From the human T2T-CHM13v2.0 reference genome, Homo sapiens, in the NCBI RefSeq assembly GCF_009914755.1, contig NC_060933.1: a stretch of DNA of 64,000 bases. One strand, written 5' to 3'. Of this stretch, positions 39,335 to 55,100 are shown in pieces (the stretch's first letter is position 1; every line of letters starts with the position of its first letter). The translations under genes and the position numbers were made by a program. Below the pieces are notes generated by a model. That model had not been told where the DNA came from, made no database searches, and worked only from the letters and a program-made list of their open reading frames with translations.

Positions 39335-42300
39335 CTTCCGGAATGGAATGGAATGGAATGGAATGGAATGAAATGCAATGGATTCAACTCGATTGCAATG
39401 GAATGGAATAGAATGGAATGGAATGGAATGGAACGGAATGGAATTAACCCGAATAGAATGGAATGGAATGGAATGGAAAGGAATGGAACGGAATGGAATG
39501 GAATGGAATGGAATGGAATGGTATGGAATGGAATGGAATGGTACGGAATAGAATGGAATGGAACGAATTGTAATGGAATGGAATTGAATGGAATGGAATG
39601 GAATGGAATGGAATCAACGCGAGTGCAGGGGAATGTAATGGAACGGAATGCAATGGAATGGAATCATCCGGAATGGAATGGAATGGAATGGAATGGAATG
39701 GAATGGAATCAACCCGAGTGCAATGGAATGGAGTGGAATGGAATGGAATGGAATGGAACAACCCGAATGGAATGGAATGTAATGGAGAGTAAGGGAGTTG
39801 AATATAATCAATCCGAATGTAATGGAATTGGATGCAACGGAATGGAAAGGAATGGAATGGAATGGAATGGAATGCAATGGAATGGAGTCAACCCGAGTAC
39901 AATGGAATGGAATGGAATGGAATGGAATGGAATGGAATGGAATGGAATGCCTTCAAACCGAATGGAATGGAAAGGAATGGAATCAACACGAGTGGAATGG
40001 AATGGAATGGAATGGAATGGAATGGAATGATACGGAATAGAATGGAATGGAACGAAATGGAATGGAATGGAATGGAATGGAATGGAATGGAATGGAATTG
40101 TTCCGAGTGGAATAGGAGGGAATGTATTCGAGTGGAATGGAAAGGAATGGAATCAACCAGAGTGGAATGGAAGGGAATGGAATGGAATGGAAACTTATAG
40201 AATGGAATCAACACGAGTGGAATGGAATGGAATGGAATGGAATGGAATTAATCCGAATAGAATGGAATGGAATGGAATGGAACGGAATGGAAAGGAATGG
40301 AATGGAATGGAATGGAATGGAATGGTATGGAATGGAATGGAATCAACGCGAGTGCAGGGGAATGTAATGGAATCGAATGGAATGGAATGGAATGGAATGG
40401 AATCAACCCGAGTGCAGGGGTATGTAATGGAACGGAATGCAATGGAATGGAATCATCCGGAATGGAATGGAACGGAATGGAATGGAATCATCCCGAGTGC
40501 AATGGAATGTAATGGAGAGTAAGGGAGTTGAAAGAATCAATCCGAATGTAATGGAATGGAATGGAACGGAATGGAATGGAATGGAATGGAATGGAATGGA
40601 ATGCAATGGAATGGAATCAACCCGAGTACAATGGAATGGAATGGAATGGAATGGAATGGAATGGAATGGAATGGAATGCAATGGAATGGAATCTTCCGGA
40701 ATGGAATGGAATGGAATGGATTGGAAAACAATGGATTCAACTCGATTGCAGTGGAATGGAATAGAATGGAATGGAATGGAATGGAATGGAATTAAACCGA
40801 ATAGAATGGAATGGAATGGAATGGAACGGAATGGAACGGAACGGTACGGAGTGGAATGGAATGGAATGGAATTGAATGGAATGGAATGGAATGGTACGGA
40901 ATAGAATGGAATGGAAAGAATTGGAATGGAATGGAATCGAATGGAATGGAATGGAATGGAATGGAATCAAACCGAGTGCAGAGGAATGTAATGGAACCGA
41001 ATGCAATGGAATGGAATCATCCGGAATGGAATGGAATGGAATGGAATGGAATGGAATGGAATGGAATGGAATGGAATGAAATGCAATGGATTCAACTCGA
41101 TTGCAATGGAGTGGAATAGAATGGAATTGAATGGAATGGAATGGAATGGAATTAACCCGAATAGAATGGAATGGAATGGAATGGAACGGAATGGAAAGGA
41201 ATGGAATGGAATGGAATGGAATGGAATGGAATGGTATTGAATGGAGTGGAATGGTACGGAATAGAATGGAATGGAACGAATTGTAATGGAATGGAATTGA
41301 ATGGAATGGAATGGAATGGAATGGAATCAACGAGAGTGCAGGGGAAAGTAATGGAACGGAATGCAATGGAATGGAATCATCCGGAATGGAATGGAATGGA
41401 ATGGAATGGAATGGAATGGAATCAACCCGAGTGCAATGGAATGGAGTGGAATGGAATGGAATGGAATGGAACAACCCGAATGCAATGGAATGTAATGGAG
41501 AGTAAGGGAGTTGAATATAATCAATCCGAATGTAAAGGAATGGAATGCAACGGAATGGAAAGGAATGGAATGGAATGGAATGGAATGGAATGCAATGGAA
41601 TGGAGTCAACCCGAGTACAATGGAATGGAATGGAATGGAATGGAATGGAATGGAATGGAATGCCTTCAAACCGAATGGAATGGAAAGGAATGGAATCAAC
41701 ACGAGTGGAATGGAATGGAATGGAAAGGAATGGAATGGAATGGAATGGAATGGAATGGAATGATACGGAATAGAATGGAATGGAACGAAATGGAATGGAA
41801 TGGAATGGAATGCAATGGAATGGAATGGAATGGAATGGAATCGTTCCGAGTGGAATAGGAGGGAATGTATTCGAGTGGAATGGAAAGGAATGGAATCAAC
41901 CAGAGTGGAATGGAAGGGAATGGAATGGAATGGAAACTAATACAATGGAATCAACCCGAGTGGAATGGAATGGAATGGAATGGAATGGAATGGAATGGAA
42001 TGGAATGGAATTAATCCGAATAGAATGGAATGGAATGGAATGGAACGGAATGGAAAGGAATGGAATGGAATGGAATGGATTGGTATGGAATGGAATGGAA
42101 TCAACGCGAGTGCAGGGGAATGTAATGGAATGGAATGGAATGGAATGGAATGGAATGGAATCAACCCGAGTGCAGGGGTATGTAATGGAACGGAATGCAA
42201 TGGAATGGAATCATCCGGAATGGAATGGAATGGAATGGAATGGAATCAACCCGAGTGCAATGGAATGTAATGGAGAATAAGGGAGTTGAAAAGAATCAAT

Positions 42301-42790
42301 CCGAATGTAATGGAATGGAATGGAACGGAATGGAATGGAATGGAATGGAATGGAATGGAATGCAATGGAATGGAATCAACCCGAGTACAATAGAATGGAA
42401 TGGAATGGAATGGAATGGAATGGAATGCAATGGAATGGAATCTTCCGGAATGGAATGGAATGGAATGGATTGGAAAGTAATGGATTCAACTCGATTGCAA
42501 TGGAATGGAATAGAATGGAATGGAATGGAATGGAATGGAATTAAACCGAATAGAATGGAATGGAATGGAATGGAACGGAATGGAACGGAACGGTACGGAG
42601 TGGAATGGAATGGAATGGAATTGTATGGAATGGAATGGAATGGTACGGAATAGAATGGAATGGAAAGAATTGGAATGGAATGGAATGGAATGGAATGGAA
42701 TGGAATCAACCCGGGTGCAGAGGAATGTAATGGAACGGAATGCAATGGAATGGAATCATCCGGAATGGAATGGAATGGAATGGAATGGAA
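39335..42790 (+). repeat. ~1.71-1.76 kb tandem duplication (~39335-41045 and ~41045-42790)
   Basis: ORF offsets 39598/41311, 39798/41511 and 40067/41780 are 1713; 40437/42195 is 1758. Shared variants: GTTGAATATAATC, GGAGTCAACCCGAGTAC, GCAGGGGTATGT, ACGGTACGGAGT, GCAGAGGAATGT. Confidence 0.82.
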
Positions 42791-45700
42791 TGGAATGGAA
42801 TAAACCCGAGTGCAATGGAATGGAGTGGAATGGAATGGAATGGAATGGAACAACCCGAATGGAATGGAATGTAATGGAGAGTTAGGGAGTTGAATAGAAT
42901 CAATCCGAATGTAATGGAATGGAACAGAATGGAATGGAATGGAATGGAATGGAATGGAATGGAATGGAATGCAATGGAATGGAATCAAACCGAGTACAAT
43001 GGAACGGAATGGAATGGAATGGAATGGAATGGAATAGAATGGAATGGAATGGAATGGAATGGAATCAACCCGAGTGAAATGGAAATGATAGGAATGGAAT
43101 GGAATGGAATGGAAACTACCCGAATGGAATGGAATGTAATGGAGCGTAAGGGAATTGAATACAATCAATCCGAATGGAATGGAATGGAATGGAACGGAAT
43201 GTAATGGAATGGAATGGAATGGAATCAACCCGATTGCAGGGGAATGGAATGGAAAAGAATGCAATGGAATGGAATCATCCGGAATGGAATGGAATGGAAT
43301 GCAATGGAATGGAATGGAATGGAATGGAATGGAATGGAATGGAATGGAATGGAACAACCCGAATGGAATGGAATGGAATGGAGAGTAAGGGAGTTGAATA
43401 GAATCAATCCGAATGTAATGGAATGGAATGCAACGGAATGGAATGGAATGGAATGGAATGGAATGCAATGGAATGGAATCAACCCGAGTACAATTAAATG
43501 GAATGGAATGGAATGGAATGGAATGGAATGGAATGGAATGCTTTCAAACCGAATGGAATGGAAAGGAATGGAATCAACACGAATGGAATGGAATGGAATG
43601 GAATGGAATGGAATGGAATGGAATGGAATGGAATGATACGGAATAGAATGGAATGGAACGAAATGGAATGGAATGGAATGAAATGGAATGGAATGGAATG
43701 GAATGGAATGGAATCGTTCCGAGTCGAATAGGAGGGAATGTATTCGAGTGGAATGGAAAAGAATGGAATCAACCAGAGTGGAATGGAAGGGAATGGAATG
43801 GAATGGAAACTAATACAATGGAATCAACCCGAGTGGAATGGAATGGAAAGGACTGGAATGGAAAGGAATGGAATGGAATGGAATGGAATGGAATGGAATG
43901 GAATGGAATTAACGCGAGTGCAGGGGAATGGAATGGAATCGAATGGAATGGAATGGAATGGAATGGAATCAACCCGAGTGCAGGGGAATGTAATGGAACG
44001 GAAAGCAATGGAATGGAATCATCCGGAATGGAATGGAATGGAATGGAATGGAATCAACCCGAGTGCAACGGAATGGAGTGGAATGGAATGGAATGGAATG
44101 GAACAATCCGAATGGAATGGAATGTAATGGAGAGTAAGGGAGTTCAAAAGAATCAATCCAAATGTAATGGAATGGAACGGAATGGAATGGAATGGAATGG
44201 AATGGAATGGAATGGAATGGAATGGAATGGAATGCAATGCAATGGAATCAACCCGAGTACAATGGAATGGAATGGAATGGAATGGAATGGAATGGAATGG
44301 AATGGAATGATACGGAATAGAATGGAATGGAACGAAATGGAATGGAATGGAATGGAATGGAATGGAATGGAATGGAATGGAATGGAATCGTTCCGAGTGG
44401 AATAGGAGGGAATCTATTCCAGTGGAATGGAAAGGAATGGAATCAACCTGAGTGGAATGGAAGGGAATGGAATGGAATGGAAACTAATAGAATGGAATCA
44501 ACCCGAGTGGAATGGAATTGAAAGGACTGGAAGAGAATGGAATGGAATGGAATCAACTCGATTGTAATGGAATGGAATGGAATGGAATGGAATGGAATGG
44601 AATCAACCCGAGTGCAATGGAATGGAGTGGAATGGAATGGAATGGAACAACCCGAATGGAATGGAATCTAATGGAGAGTAAGGGAGTTGAATAGACTCAA
44701 TCCGAATGTAATGGAATGGAATGGAACGGAATGGAATTGAATGGAATGGAATGGAATGCAATGGAATGGAATCAACCCGAGTGCAATGGAATGGAGAGGA
44801 ATGGAATGGAATGGAATGGAAACTACCCGAATGGAATGGAATGGAATGGAATGTAATGGAGTGTAAGGGAATTGAATAGTATCAATCCGAATGTAATGGA
44901 ATGGAATGGAACGGAATGGAATGGAATGGAATGGAATGGAATGGAATGGAATGGAATGCAAAGGAATGGAATCAACCCGAGTGCAATCGAATGGAATCGA
45001 ATGGAATGGAATGCAATGGAATGGATTCAACTTGAATGGAATGGAAAGAATGGAATCAACACGAGTGGAATGGCATGGATTGGAAAGGAATGGAATGGAA
45101 TCAACCCGAGTACAGGGGAATGGAATGGAATGGAATGCAATGGAATGGAATCATCCGTAATGGAATGGAAAGGAATGGAATGGAAGGGAATGCAATGGAA
45201 TGGAATGGAATCAACTCGATTGCAATCGAATGGAATGGAATGGAATTAACCCGAATAGAAAGGAATGGAATGGAACGGAACGGAACGGAATGGAATGGAA
45301 TGGAATGGAATGAAGTGGAATAGATCGGAACGGAATGGAATGGAATGGAATGGAATGCAATGGAATGGAATGGAATCAACGCGAGTGCAGGGGAATGGAA
45401 TGGAATGGAATGCAATGGAATGGAATCTTCCTGAATGGAATGGAATGGAATAGAATGAAATGCAATGGATTCAACTCGATTGCAATGGAATGGAATAGAA
45501 TGGAATGGAATGGAATGGAATGGAATTAACCCGAATAGAATGGAATGGAATGGAATGGAACGGAATGGAACGGAATGGAATGGAATGGAATGGAATGGAA
45601 TGGAATGGTATGGAATGGAATGGAATGGTACGGAATAGAATGGAATGGAACGAATTGTAATGGAATGGAATTGAATGGAATGGAATGGAATGGAATGGAA

Positions 45701-46539
45701 TCAACGCGAGTGCAGGGGAATGTAATGGAACGGAATGCAATGGAATGGAATCATCCGGAATGGAATGGAATGGAATCAACCGGATTGCAATGGAATGGAG
45801 TGGAATGGAATGGAATGGAATGGAATGGAATGGAAAGGAATGGAATGCAATGAAATGGAATCAACCCGAGTACAATGGAATGGAATGGAATGGAATGGAA
45901 TGGAATGGAATGGAATGGAATGGAATGCCTTCAATACGAATGGAATGGAAAGGAATGGAATCAACACGAGTGGAATGGAATGGAATGGAAAGGAATGGAA
46001 TGGAATGGAATGGTACGGAATAGAATGGAATGGAACGAAATGGAATGGAATGGAACGAAATGGAGTGGAATGGAATGGAATGGAATGGAATGGAATGGAA
46101 TCGTTCCGAGTGGAATAGGAGGGAATGTATTCGAGAGGAATGGAAAGGAATGGAATCAACCAGAGTGGAATGGAAGGGAATGGAATGGAATGGAAACTAA
46201 TAGAATGAAATCAAACCGAGAGGAATGGAATGGAAAGGACAGGAATGGAATGGAATGGAATGGAATGGAATGGAATGGAATCAACGCGAGTGCAGGGGAA
46301 TGGAATGGAATGGAATGAAATATAATGGAATCTTCCGGAATGGAATGGAAAGGAATATAATAAACCCGAGTGCAATGGAATGGAGTGGAATGGAATGGAA
46401 TGGAATGGAACAACCCGAATGGAATGGAATGTAATGGAGAGTAAGGGAGTTGAATAGAATCAATCCGAATGTAATGGAATGGAATGGAACGGAATGGAAT
46501 GGAATGGAATGGAATGGAATGCAATGGAATGGAATCAAC

Positions 46540-47910
46540 CCGAGTGCAATCGAATGGAATCGAATGGAATGGAATGCAATGGAATGGATTCAACTTGAAT
46601 GGAATGGAAAGAATGGAATCAACACGAGTGGAACGGCATGGATTGGAATGGAATGGAATGGAATCAACCCGAGTACAGGGGAATGGAATGGAATGGAATG
46701 CAATGGAATGGAATCTTCCGTAATGGAATGGAAAGAATGGAATGGAAAGGAATGGAATGGAATGGAATGGAATCATCTCGATTGCAATCGAATGGAATGG
46801 AATGGAATTAACCGGAATAGAATGGAATGGAATGGAATGGAATGGAATGGAACGGAACGGATTGGAATGGAATGGAATGGAATGGAATGGAACGGAACGG
46901 AACGGAATGGAATGGAATGGAATGGAACGGAATGGAATCAACGCGAGTCAGGGGAATGGAATGGAATGGAATGCAATGGAATGGAATCTTCCGGAATGGA
47001 ATGGAATGGAATGGAATAGAATGGAATGGAATGGAATGGAATGGAATTAATCCGAATAGAATGGAATGGAATGGAATGGAACGGAATGGAATGGAATGGA
47101 ATGGAATGGAATGGTATGGAATGGAATGGAATGGTACGGAATAGAATGGAATGGAACGAATTGTAATGGAATGGAATTGAATGGAATGGAATGGAATGGA
47201 ATGGAATCAACGCGAGTGCAGGGAAATGTAATGGAACGGAATGCAATGGAATGGAATCATCCGGAATGGAATGGAATGGAATGGAATGGATTGGAATGGA
47301 ATCAACCCGAGTGCAATGGAATGTAATGGAGAGTAAGGGAGTTGAATAGAATCAATCCGAATGTAATGGAATGGAATGCAACGGAATGGAATGGAATGGA
47401 ATGGAATGGAATGGAATGGAATGGAATGCAATGGAATTGAATCAACCCGAGTACAATGGAATGGAATGGAATGGATTGGAATGGAATGGAATGCAATGGA
47501 ATCGAATGGAAAGATACGGAATAGAATGGAATGGAACGAAATGGAATGGAATGGAATGGAATGGAATGGAATGGAATGGAATGGAATCGTTCCGAGTGGA
47601 ATACGAGGGAATGTATTCGAGTGGAATGGAAAGGAATGGTATCAACCAGAGTGGAATGGAATGGAATGGAATGGAATGGAAACTAATAGAATGGAATCAA
47701 CCCGAGTGTAATTGAATGGAAAGGACTGGAATGGAATGGAATGGAATGGAATCAACTCGGTTGTAATGGAATGGAATGGAATGGAATGGAATGGAATGGA
47801 ATTAACCCGAATACATTGGAATGGAATGGAATGGAGCGGAATGGAGTAGAATGGAATGGAATCAACCGAGTGCAGGGGAATGGAATGGAATGGAATGCAA
47901 TGGAATGGAA
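46540..47910 (+). repeat. ~1.4 kb segment with a direct copy at ~62590-64000 (offset ~16.05-16.1 kb)
   Basis: Collinear private variants in both copies: CATCTCGATT (46774/62825), TTAACCGGAATA, GCAGGGAAATGT, AAAGATACGG, GGAATACGAGGG, GGTATCAACC, AACTCGGTTGT, and the 1-bp deletion AATCAACCGAGT (47860/63957). Confidence 0.85.
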
Positions 47911-50900
47911 TCATCCGGAATGGAATGGAATGGAATGGAATGCAAAGCAATAGAATCAACTCGATTGCAATGGAATGGAATGGAATGGAAAGGAATACAT
48001 TGGAATCAACCCGAGTGGAATGGAATGGAAAGGACTGGAATGGAGTGGAATGGAATGGAATGGAATGGAATGGAATCAACTCGATTGGAATGGAATGGAA
48101 TGGAATGGAATGGAATTAACCCGAATAGAATGGAATGGAATGGAATGGAACGGAACGGAACGGAATGGAATGGATTGGAATGGAATGGAATGGAATGGAA
48201 TGGAACGGAAAGGAATGGAATGGAATGGAATGGAATGGAATCAACGCGAGTGCAGGGGAATGGAATGGAATGGAATGCAATGGAATGGAATCTTCCGGAA
48301 TGGAATGGAATGGAATGGAATGGAATGGAATGGAATGGAATCAACCCGAGTGCAATGGAATGGAGTGGAATGGAATGGAATGGAATGGAACAACCCGAAT
48401 GGAATGGAATGTAATGGAGAGTAAGGGAGTTGAATAGAATCAATCCGAATGTAATGGAATGGAATGGAACGGAATGGAATTGAATGGAATGGAATGGAAT
48501 GCAATGGATTGGAATCAACCCGAGTGCAATGGAATGGAGAGGAATGGAATGGAATGGAATGGAAACTACACGAATGGAATGGAATGTAATGGAGTGTAAG
48601 GGAATTGAATAGAATCAATCCGAATGTAAAGGAATGGAATGGAACGGAATGGAATGGAATGGAATGGAATGGAATGGAATGCAATGGAATGGAATCAACC
48701 CGAGTGCAATCGAATAGAATCGAATTGAATGGAATGCAATGGAATGGATTCAACTTGAATGGAATGGAAAGAATGGAATCAACACGAGTGGAATGGCATG
48801 GATTGGAATGGAATGGAATGGAATCAACCTGAGTACAGGGGAGTGGAATGGAATGGAATGCAATGGAATGGAATCATCCGTAATGGAATGGAAAGGAATG
48901 GAATGGAATGGAATGGAATGGAATGGAATGGAATGGAATGGAATGGAATGGAATCAACTCGATTGCAATCGAATGGAATGGAATGGAATTACCCCGAATA
49001 GAATGGAATGGAATGGAATGGAACGGAACGGAATGGAATGGAATGGAATGGAATGGAACGGAATGGAATGGAATGGAATGGAATGGAATCAACGCGAGTG
49101 CAGGGGAATGGAATGGAATGGAATGCAATGGAATGGAATCTTCCGGAATGGAATGGAATGGAATGGAATGGAATGAAATGCACTGGATTCAACTCGATTG
49201 CAATGGAATGGAATAGAATGGAATGGAATGGAATGGAATGGAATTAATCCGAATAGAATGGAATGGAATGGAATGGAACGGAATGGAACGGAATGGAACG
49301 GAATGGAATGGAATGGAATGGTATGGAATGGAATGGAATGGTACGGAATAGAATGGAATGGAACGAATTGTAATGGAATGGAATTGAATGGAATGGAATG
49401 GAATGGAATGGAATCAACGCGAGTGCAGGGGAATGTAATGGAACGGAATGCAATGGAATGGAATCATCCGGAATGGAATGGAATAGAATGGAATGGAATG
49501 GAATGGAATGGAATGGAATCAACCCGAGTGCAATGGAATGGAGTGGAATGGAATGGAATGGAACAACCCCAATGGAATGGAATGTAATGGAGAGTAAGGG
49601 AGTTGAATAGAATCAATCCGAATGTAATGGAATGGAATGCAACGGAATGGAATGGAATGGAATGCAATGCAATGCAATGGAATGGAATCAACCCGAGTAC
49701 AATGGAATGGAATGGAATGGAATGGAATGGAATGGAATCGAATAGAATGGAATGGAATGGAATGATACGGAATAGAATGGAATGGAACGAAATGGAATGG
49801 AATGGAATGGAATGGAATGGAATGGAATGGAATGGAATGGAATGGAATCGTTCCGAGTGGAATAGGAGGGAATGTATTCGAGTGGAATGGAAAGGAATGG
49901 AATCAGCCAGAGTGGAATGGAAGGGAATGGAATGGAATGGAATGGAATGCAATAGAATGGAATCAACCCGAGTGCAATCGAATGGAATCAAATGGAATGG
50001 AATGCAACGGAATGGATTCAACTTGAATGGAAAGGAAAGAATGGAATCAACACGAGTGGAATGGCATGGATTGGAATGGAATGGAATGGAATCAACCCGA
50101 GTACAGGGGAATGGAATGGAATGGAATGCAATGGAATGGAATCATCAGTAATGGAATGGAAAGGAATGGAAAGGACTGGAATGGAATGGAATGGAATGGA
50201 ATGGAATGGAATCAACTCGATTGCAATCGAATGGAATGGAATGGAATTAACCCGAATAGAATGGAATGGAATGGAATGTAACGGAACGGAATGGAATGGA
50301 ATGGAACGGAAAGGAATGGAATGGAATGGAATGGAACGGAATGGAATGGAATGGATTCAACGCGAGTGCAGGGGAATGGAATGGAATCGAATGGAATGGA
50401 AAGGAATGGAATGGAATCAACCCGAGTGCAATGGAATGGAGTGGAATGGAAAGGAATGGAATGGAACAACCCGAATGGAATGGAATGTAATGGAGAGTAA
50501 GGGAGTTGAAAAGAATCAATCCGAATGTAATGGAATGGAATGGAACGTAATGGAATGGAATGGAATGGAATAGAAAGCAATGGAAAGGAATCAACCCGAG
50601 TACAATGGAATGGAATGGAATGGAATGGAATGGAATGGAATGGAATGGAATGGAATGCAATGGAATGGAATCTTCCGGAATTGAATGGAATGGAATGGAA
50701 TAGAATGGAATGGAATTAAAACGAATAGAATGGAATGGAATGGAATGGAACGGAACAGAACGGAACGGATCGGAACTGAGTGGAATTGAATGGAATGGAA
50801 TTGTATGGAATGGAATGGAATGGTACGGAATAGAATGGAATGGAAAGAATTGGAATGGAATGGAATCGAACGGAATGGAATGGAATGGAATGGAATGGAA

Positions 50901-52149
50901 TGGAATCAACCCGAGCGCAATGGAATGGAGTGGAATGGAATGGAATGGAATGGAACAACCCGAATGGAATGGAATGTAATGGAGAGTAAGGGAGTTGAAT
51001 AGAATCAATCCGAATGTAATGGAATGGAAAGGAATGGAATGGAATGGAATGGAATGGAATGGAATGGAATGGAATGGAATGCAATGGAATGGAATCAACC
51101 CGAGTACAATGGAACGGAATGGAATGCAATGTAATGTAATGTAATGGAATGGAATGGAATGGAATGGAATCAACCCGAGTGCAATTGAATGGAGAGGAAT
51201 GGAATGGAATGGAATGGAAACTACCTGAATGGAATGGAATGTAATGGAGTGCAAGGGAATTGAATAGAATCAATCCGAATGGAATGGAATGGAATGGAAT
51301 GGAATCAACCCGAGTGCAGGGGAATGGAATGGAATGGAATGCAATGGAATGGAATCATCCGGAATGGAATGGAATGGAATGCAATGGAATGGAATGGAAT
51401 GGAATTAACCCGAATAGAATGGAATGGAATGGAATGGAACGGAACGGAATGGAATGGAATGGAATGGAATGGAATGGAACGGAAAGGAAGGGAATGGAAT
51501 GGAATAGAATGGAATGGAATGGAATCAACGCGAGTGCAGGGGAATGGAATGGAATGGAATGCAATGGAATGGAATCTTCCGGAATGGAATGGAATGGAAT
51601 GGAATCAACCCGAGTGCAATGGAATGGAGTGGAATGGAATGGAATGGAATGGAACAACCCGAATTGAATGGAATATAATGGAGAGTAAGGGAGTTGAATA
51701 GAATCAATCCGAATGTAATGGAATGGAATGGAACGGAATGGATTTGAATGGAATGGAATGGAATGCAATGGAATGGAATCAACCCGAGTGCAATGGAATG
51801 GAGAGGAATGGAATGGAATGGAATGGAAACTACCCGAATGGAATGGAATGTAATGGAGTGTAAAGGAATTGAATAGAATCAATCCGAATGTAATGGAATG
51901 GAATGGAACGGAATGGAATGGAATGGAATGGAATGCAATGGAATGGAATCAACCCGAGTGCAATCGAATGGAATCGAATGGAATGGAATGCAATGGAATG
52001 GATTCAACTTGAATGGAATGGAAAGAATGGAATCAACACGAGTGGAATGGCATGGATTGGAATGGAATGGAATGGAATCAACCCGAGTACAGGAGAATGG
52101 AATGGAATGGAATGCAATGGAATGGAATCATCCGGAATGGAATAGAATG

Positions 52150-55100
52150 GAATGCAAAGGAATGGAATGGAATGGAATCAACCCGAGTGCAATGGAATGC
52201 AGTGAAATGGAATAGAATGGAATGGAAACAACCAGAATGGATTGGAATATAATGGAGTGTAAGGGAATTGAAAAGAATCAATCTGAATGTAATGAAATGG
52301 AATGGAACGGAATGGAATGGAATGGAATGAAATGGAATGCAATGGAATGGAATCAACCCGAGTGCAATCGAATGGAATCGAATGCAATGGAATGCAAAGG
52401 AATGGATTCAACTTGAATGGAAAGGAAAGAATGGAATCAACACTAGTGGAATAGCATGGATTGGAATGGAATGGAATGGAATCAACCCGAGTACAGGGGA
52501 ATGGAATGGAATGGAATGCAATGGAATGGAATCATCAGTAATGGAATGGAAAGGAATGGAAAGGACTGGAATGGAATGGAATGGAATGGAATGGAATCAA
52601 CTCGATTGCAATCGAATGGAATGGAATGGAATTAACCCGAATAGAATGGAATGGAATGTAATGGAACGGAACGGAATGGAATGGAATGGAATGGAATGGA
52701 ACGGAAAGGAATGGAATGGAATGGAATGGAATGGAATGGAATGGAATGGAATCAACGCGAGTGCAGGGGAATGGAATGGAATCGAATGGAATGGAAAGGA
52801 ATGGAATGGAATCAACCCAAGTGCAGGGGAATGTAATGGAACGGAATGCAATGGAATGGAATCATCCGGAATGGAATGGAATGGAATGGAATGGAATCAA
52901 CCCGAATGCAATGGAATGGAGTGGAATGGAATGGAATGGAATGGAATGGAACAACCCGAATGGAATGGAATGTAATGGAGAGTAAGGGAGTTGAAAAGAA
53001 TCAATCCGAATGTAATGGAATGGAATGGAACGGAATGGAATGGAATGGAATGGAATGGAATAGAATGGAATGGAATGCAATGGAATGGAATCAACCCGAG
53101 TACAATGGAATGGAATGGAATGGAATGCAATGGAATGGAATCTTCCGGAATGGAATGGAATGGAATGGAATGGAATGGAATGCAATGGATTCAACTCGAT
53201 TGCAATGGAATGGAATAGAATGGAATGGAATGGAATGGAATTAAACCGAATAGAATGGAATGGAATGGAATGGAACGGAACAGAACGGAACGGAACGGAA
53301 CGGAGTGGAATGGAATGGAATGGAATTGTATGGAATGGAATGGAATGGTACGGAATAGAATGGAATGGAAAGAAATGGAATGGAATGGAATGGAATGCCT
53401 TCAAACCGAATGGAATGGAAAGGAATGGAATCAACACGAGTGGAATGGAATGGAATGGAATGGAATGGAATGGAATGGAATGGAATGGAATGATACGGAA
53501 TAGAATGGAATGGAACGAAATGGAATGTAATGTAATGGAATGGAATGGAATGGAATGGAATGGAATGGAATGGAATGGAATCGTTCCGAGTGGAATAGGA
53601 GGGAATGTATTCGAGTGGAATGGAAAGGAATGGAATCAACCAGAGTGGAATGGAAGGGAATGGAATGGAATGGAAACTAATAGAATTGAATCAACCCGAG
53701 TGGAATGGAATGGAATGGAATGGAATGGAATGGAATGGAATGGAATGGAATTAATCCGAATAGAATGGAATGGAATGGAATGGAACGGAATGGAAAGGAA
53801 TGGAATGGAATGGAATGGAATGGAATGGAATGGAATCAACGTGAGTGCAGGGGAATGTAATGGAATCGAATGGAATGGAATGGAATGGAATGGAATCAAC
53901 CCGAGTGCGGGGGTATGTAATGGAACGGAATGCAATGGAATGGAATCATCCGGAATGGAATGGAATGGAATGGAATGGAATCAACCCGAGGGCAATGGAA
54001 TGTAATGGAGAGTAAGGGAGTTGAAAAGAATCAATCCGAATGTAATGGAATGGAATGGAACGGAATGGAATGGAATGGAATGGAATGGAATGCAATGGAA
54101 TGCAATGGAATGGAATCAATCCGAGTACAATGGAATGGAATGGAATGGAATGGAATGGAATGGAATGGAATGGAATGGAATCAACGCGAGTGCAGGGGAA
54201 TGGAATGGAATGGAATGCAATGGAATGGAATCTTCTGGAATGGAATGGAATGGAATGGAATGGAAAGAAATGCAATGGATTCAACTCGATTGCAACGGAA
54301 TGGAATAGAATGGAATGGAAAAGAATGGAATGGAATTAATCCGAATAGAATGGAATGGAATGGAATGGAACGGAATGGAACGGAATGGAATGGAATGGAA
54401 TGGAATGGAATGGTATGGAATGGAATGGAATGGTACGGAATAGAATGGAATGGAACGAATTGTAATGGAATGGAATTGAATGGAATGGAATGGAATGGAA
54501 TGGAATCAACGCGAGTGCAGGGGAATGTAATGGAACGGAATGCAATGGAATGGAATCATCCGGAATGGAATGGAATGGAATGGAATGGAATGGAATGGAA
54601 TGGAATCAACCCGAGTGCAATGGAATGGAGTGGAATGGAATGGAATGGAATGGAACAACCCGAATGGAATGGAATGTAATGGAGAGTAAGGGAGTTGAAT
54701 AGAATCAATCCGAATGTAATGGAATGGAACGGAATGGAATGGAATGCAATGGAATGGAATCAACCCGAGTACAATGGAACGGAATGGAATGGAATGTAAT
54801 GGAATGGAATGGAATGGAATGGAATGGAATGGAATGGAATGGAATGGAATCAACCCGAGTGCAATGGAATGGAGAGGAATGGAATAGAATGGAATGGAAA
54901 CTACCCGAATGGAATGGAATGTAATGGAGTGTAAGGGAATTGAATAGAATCAATCCGAATGGAATGGAATGGAATGGAACGGAATGTAATGGAATGGAAT
55001 GGAATGGAATCAACCCCAGTTCAGGCTAATGGAATGGAATGGAATGCAATGGAATGGAATCATCCGGAATGGAATGGAATGGAATGCAATGGAATGGAAT

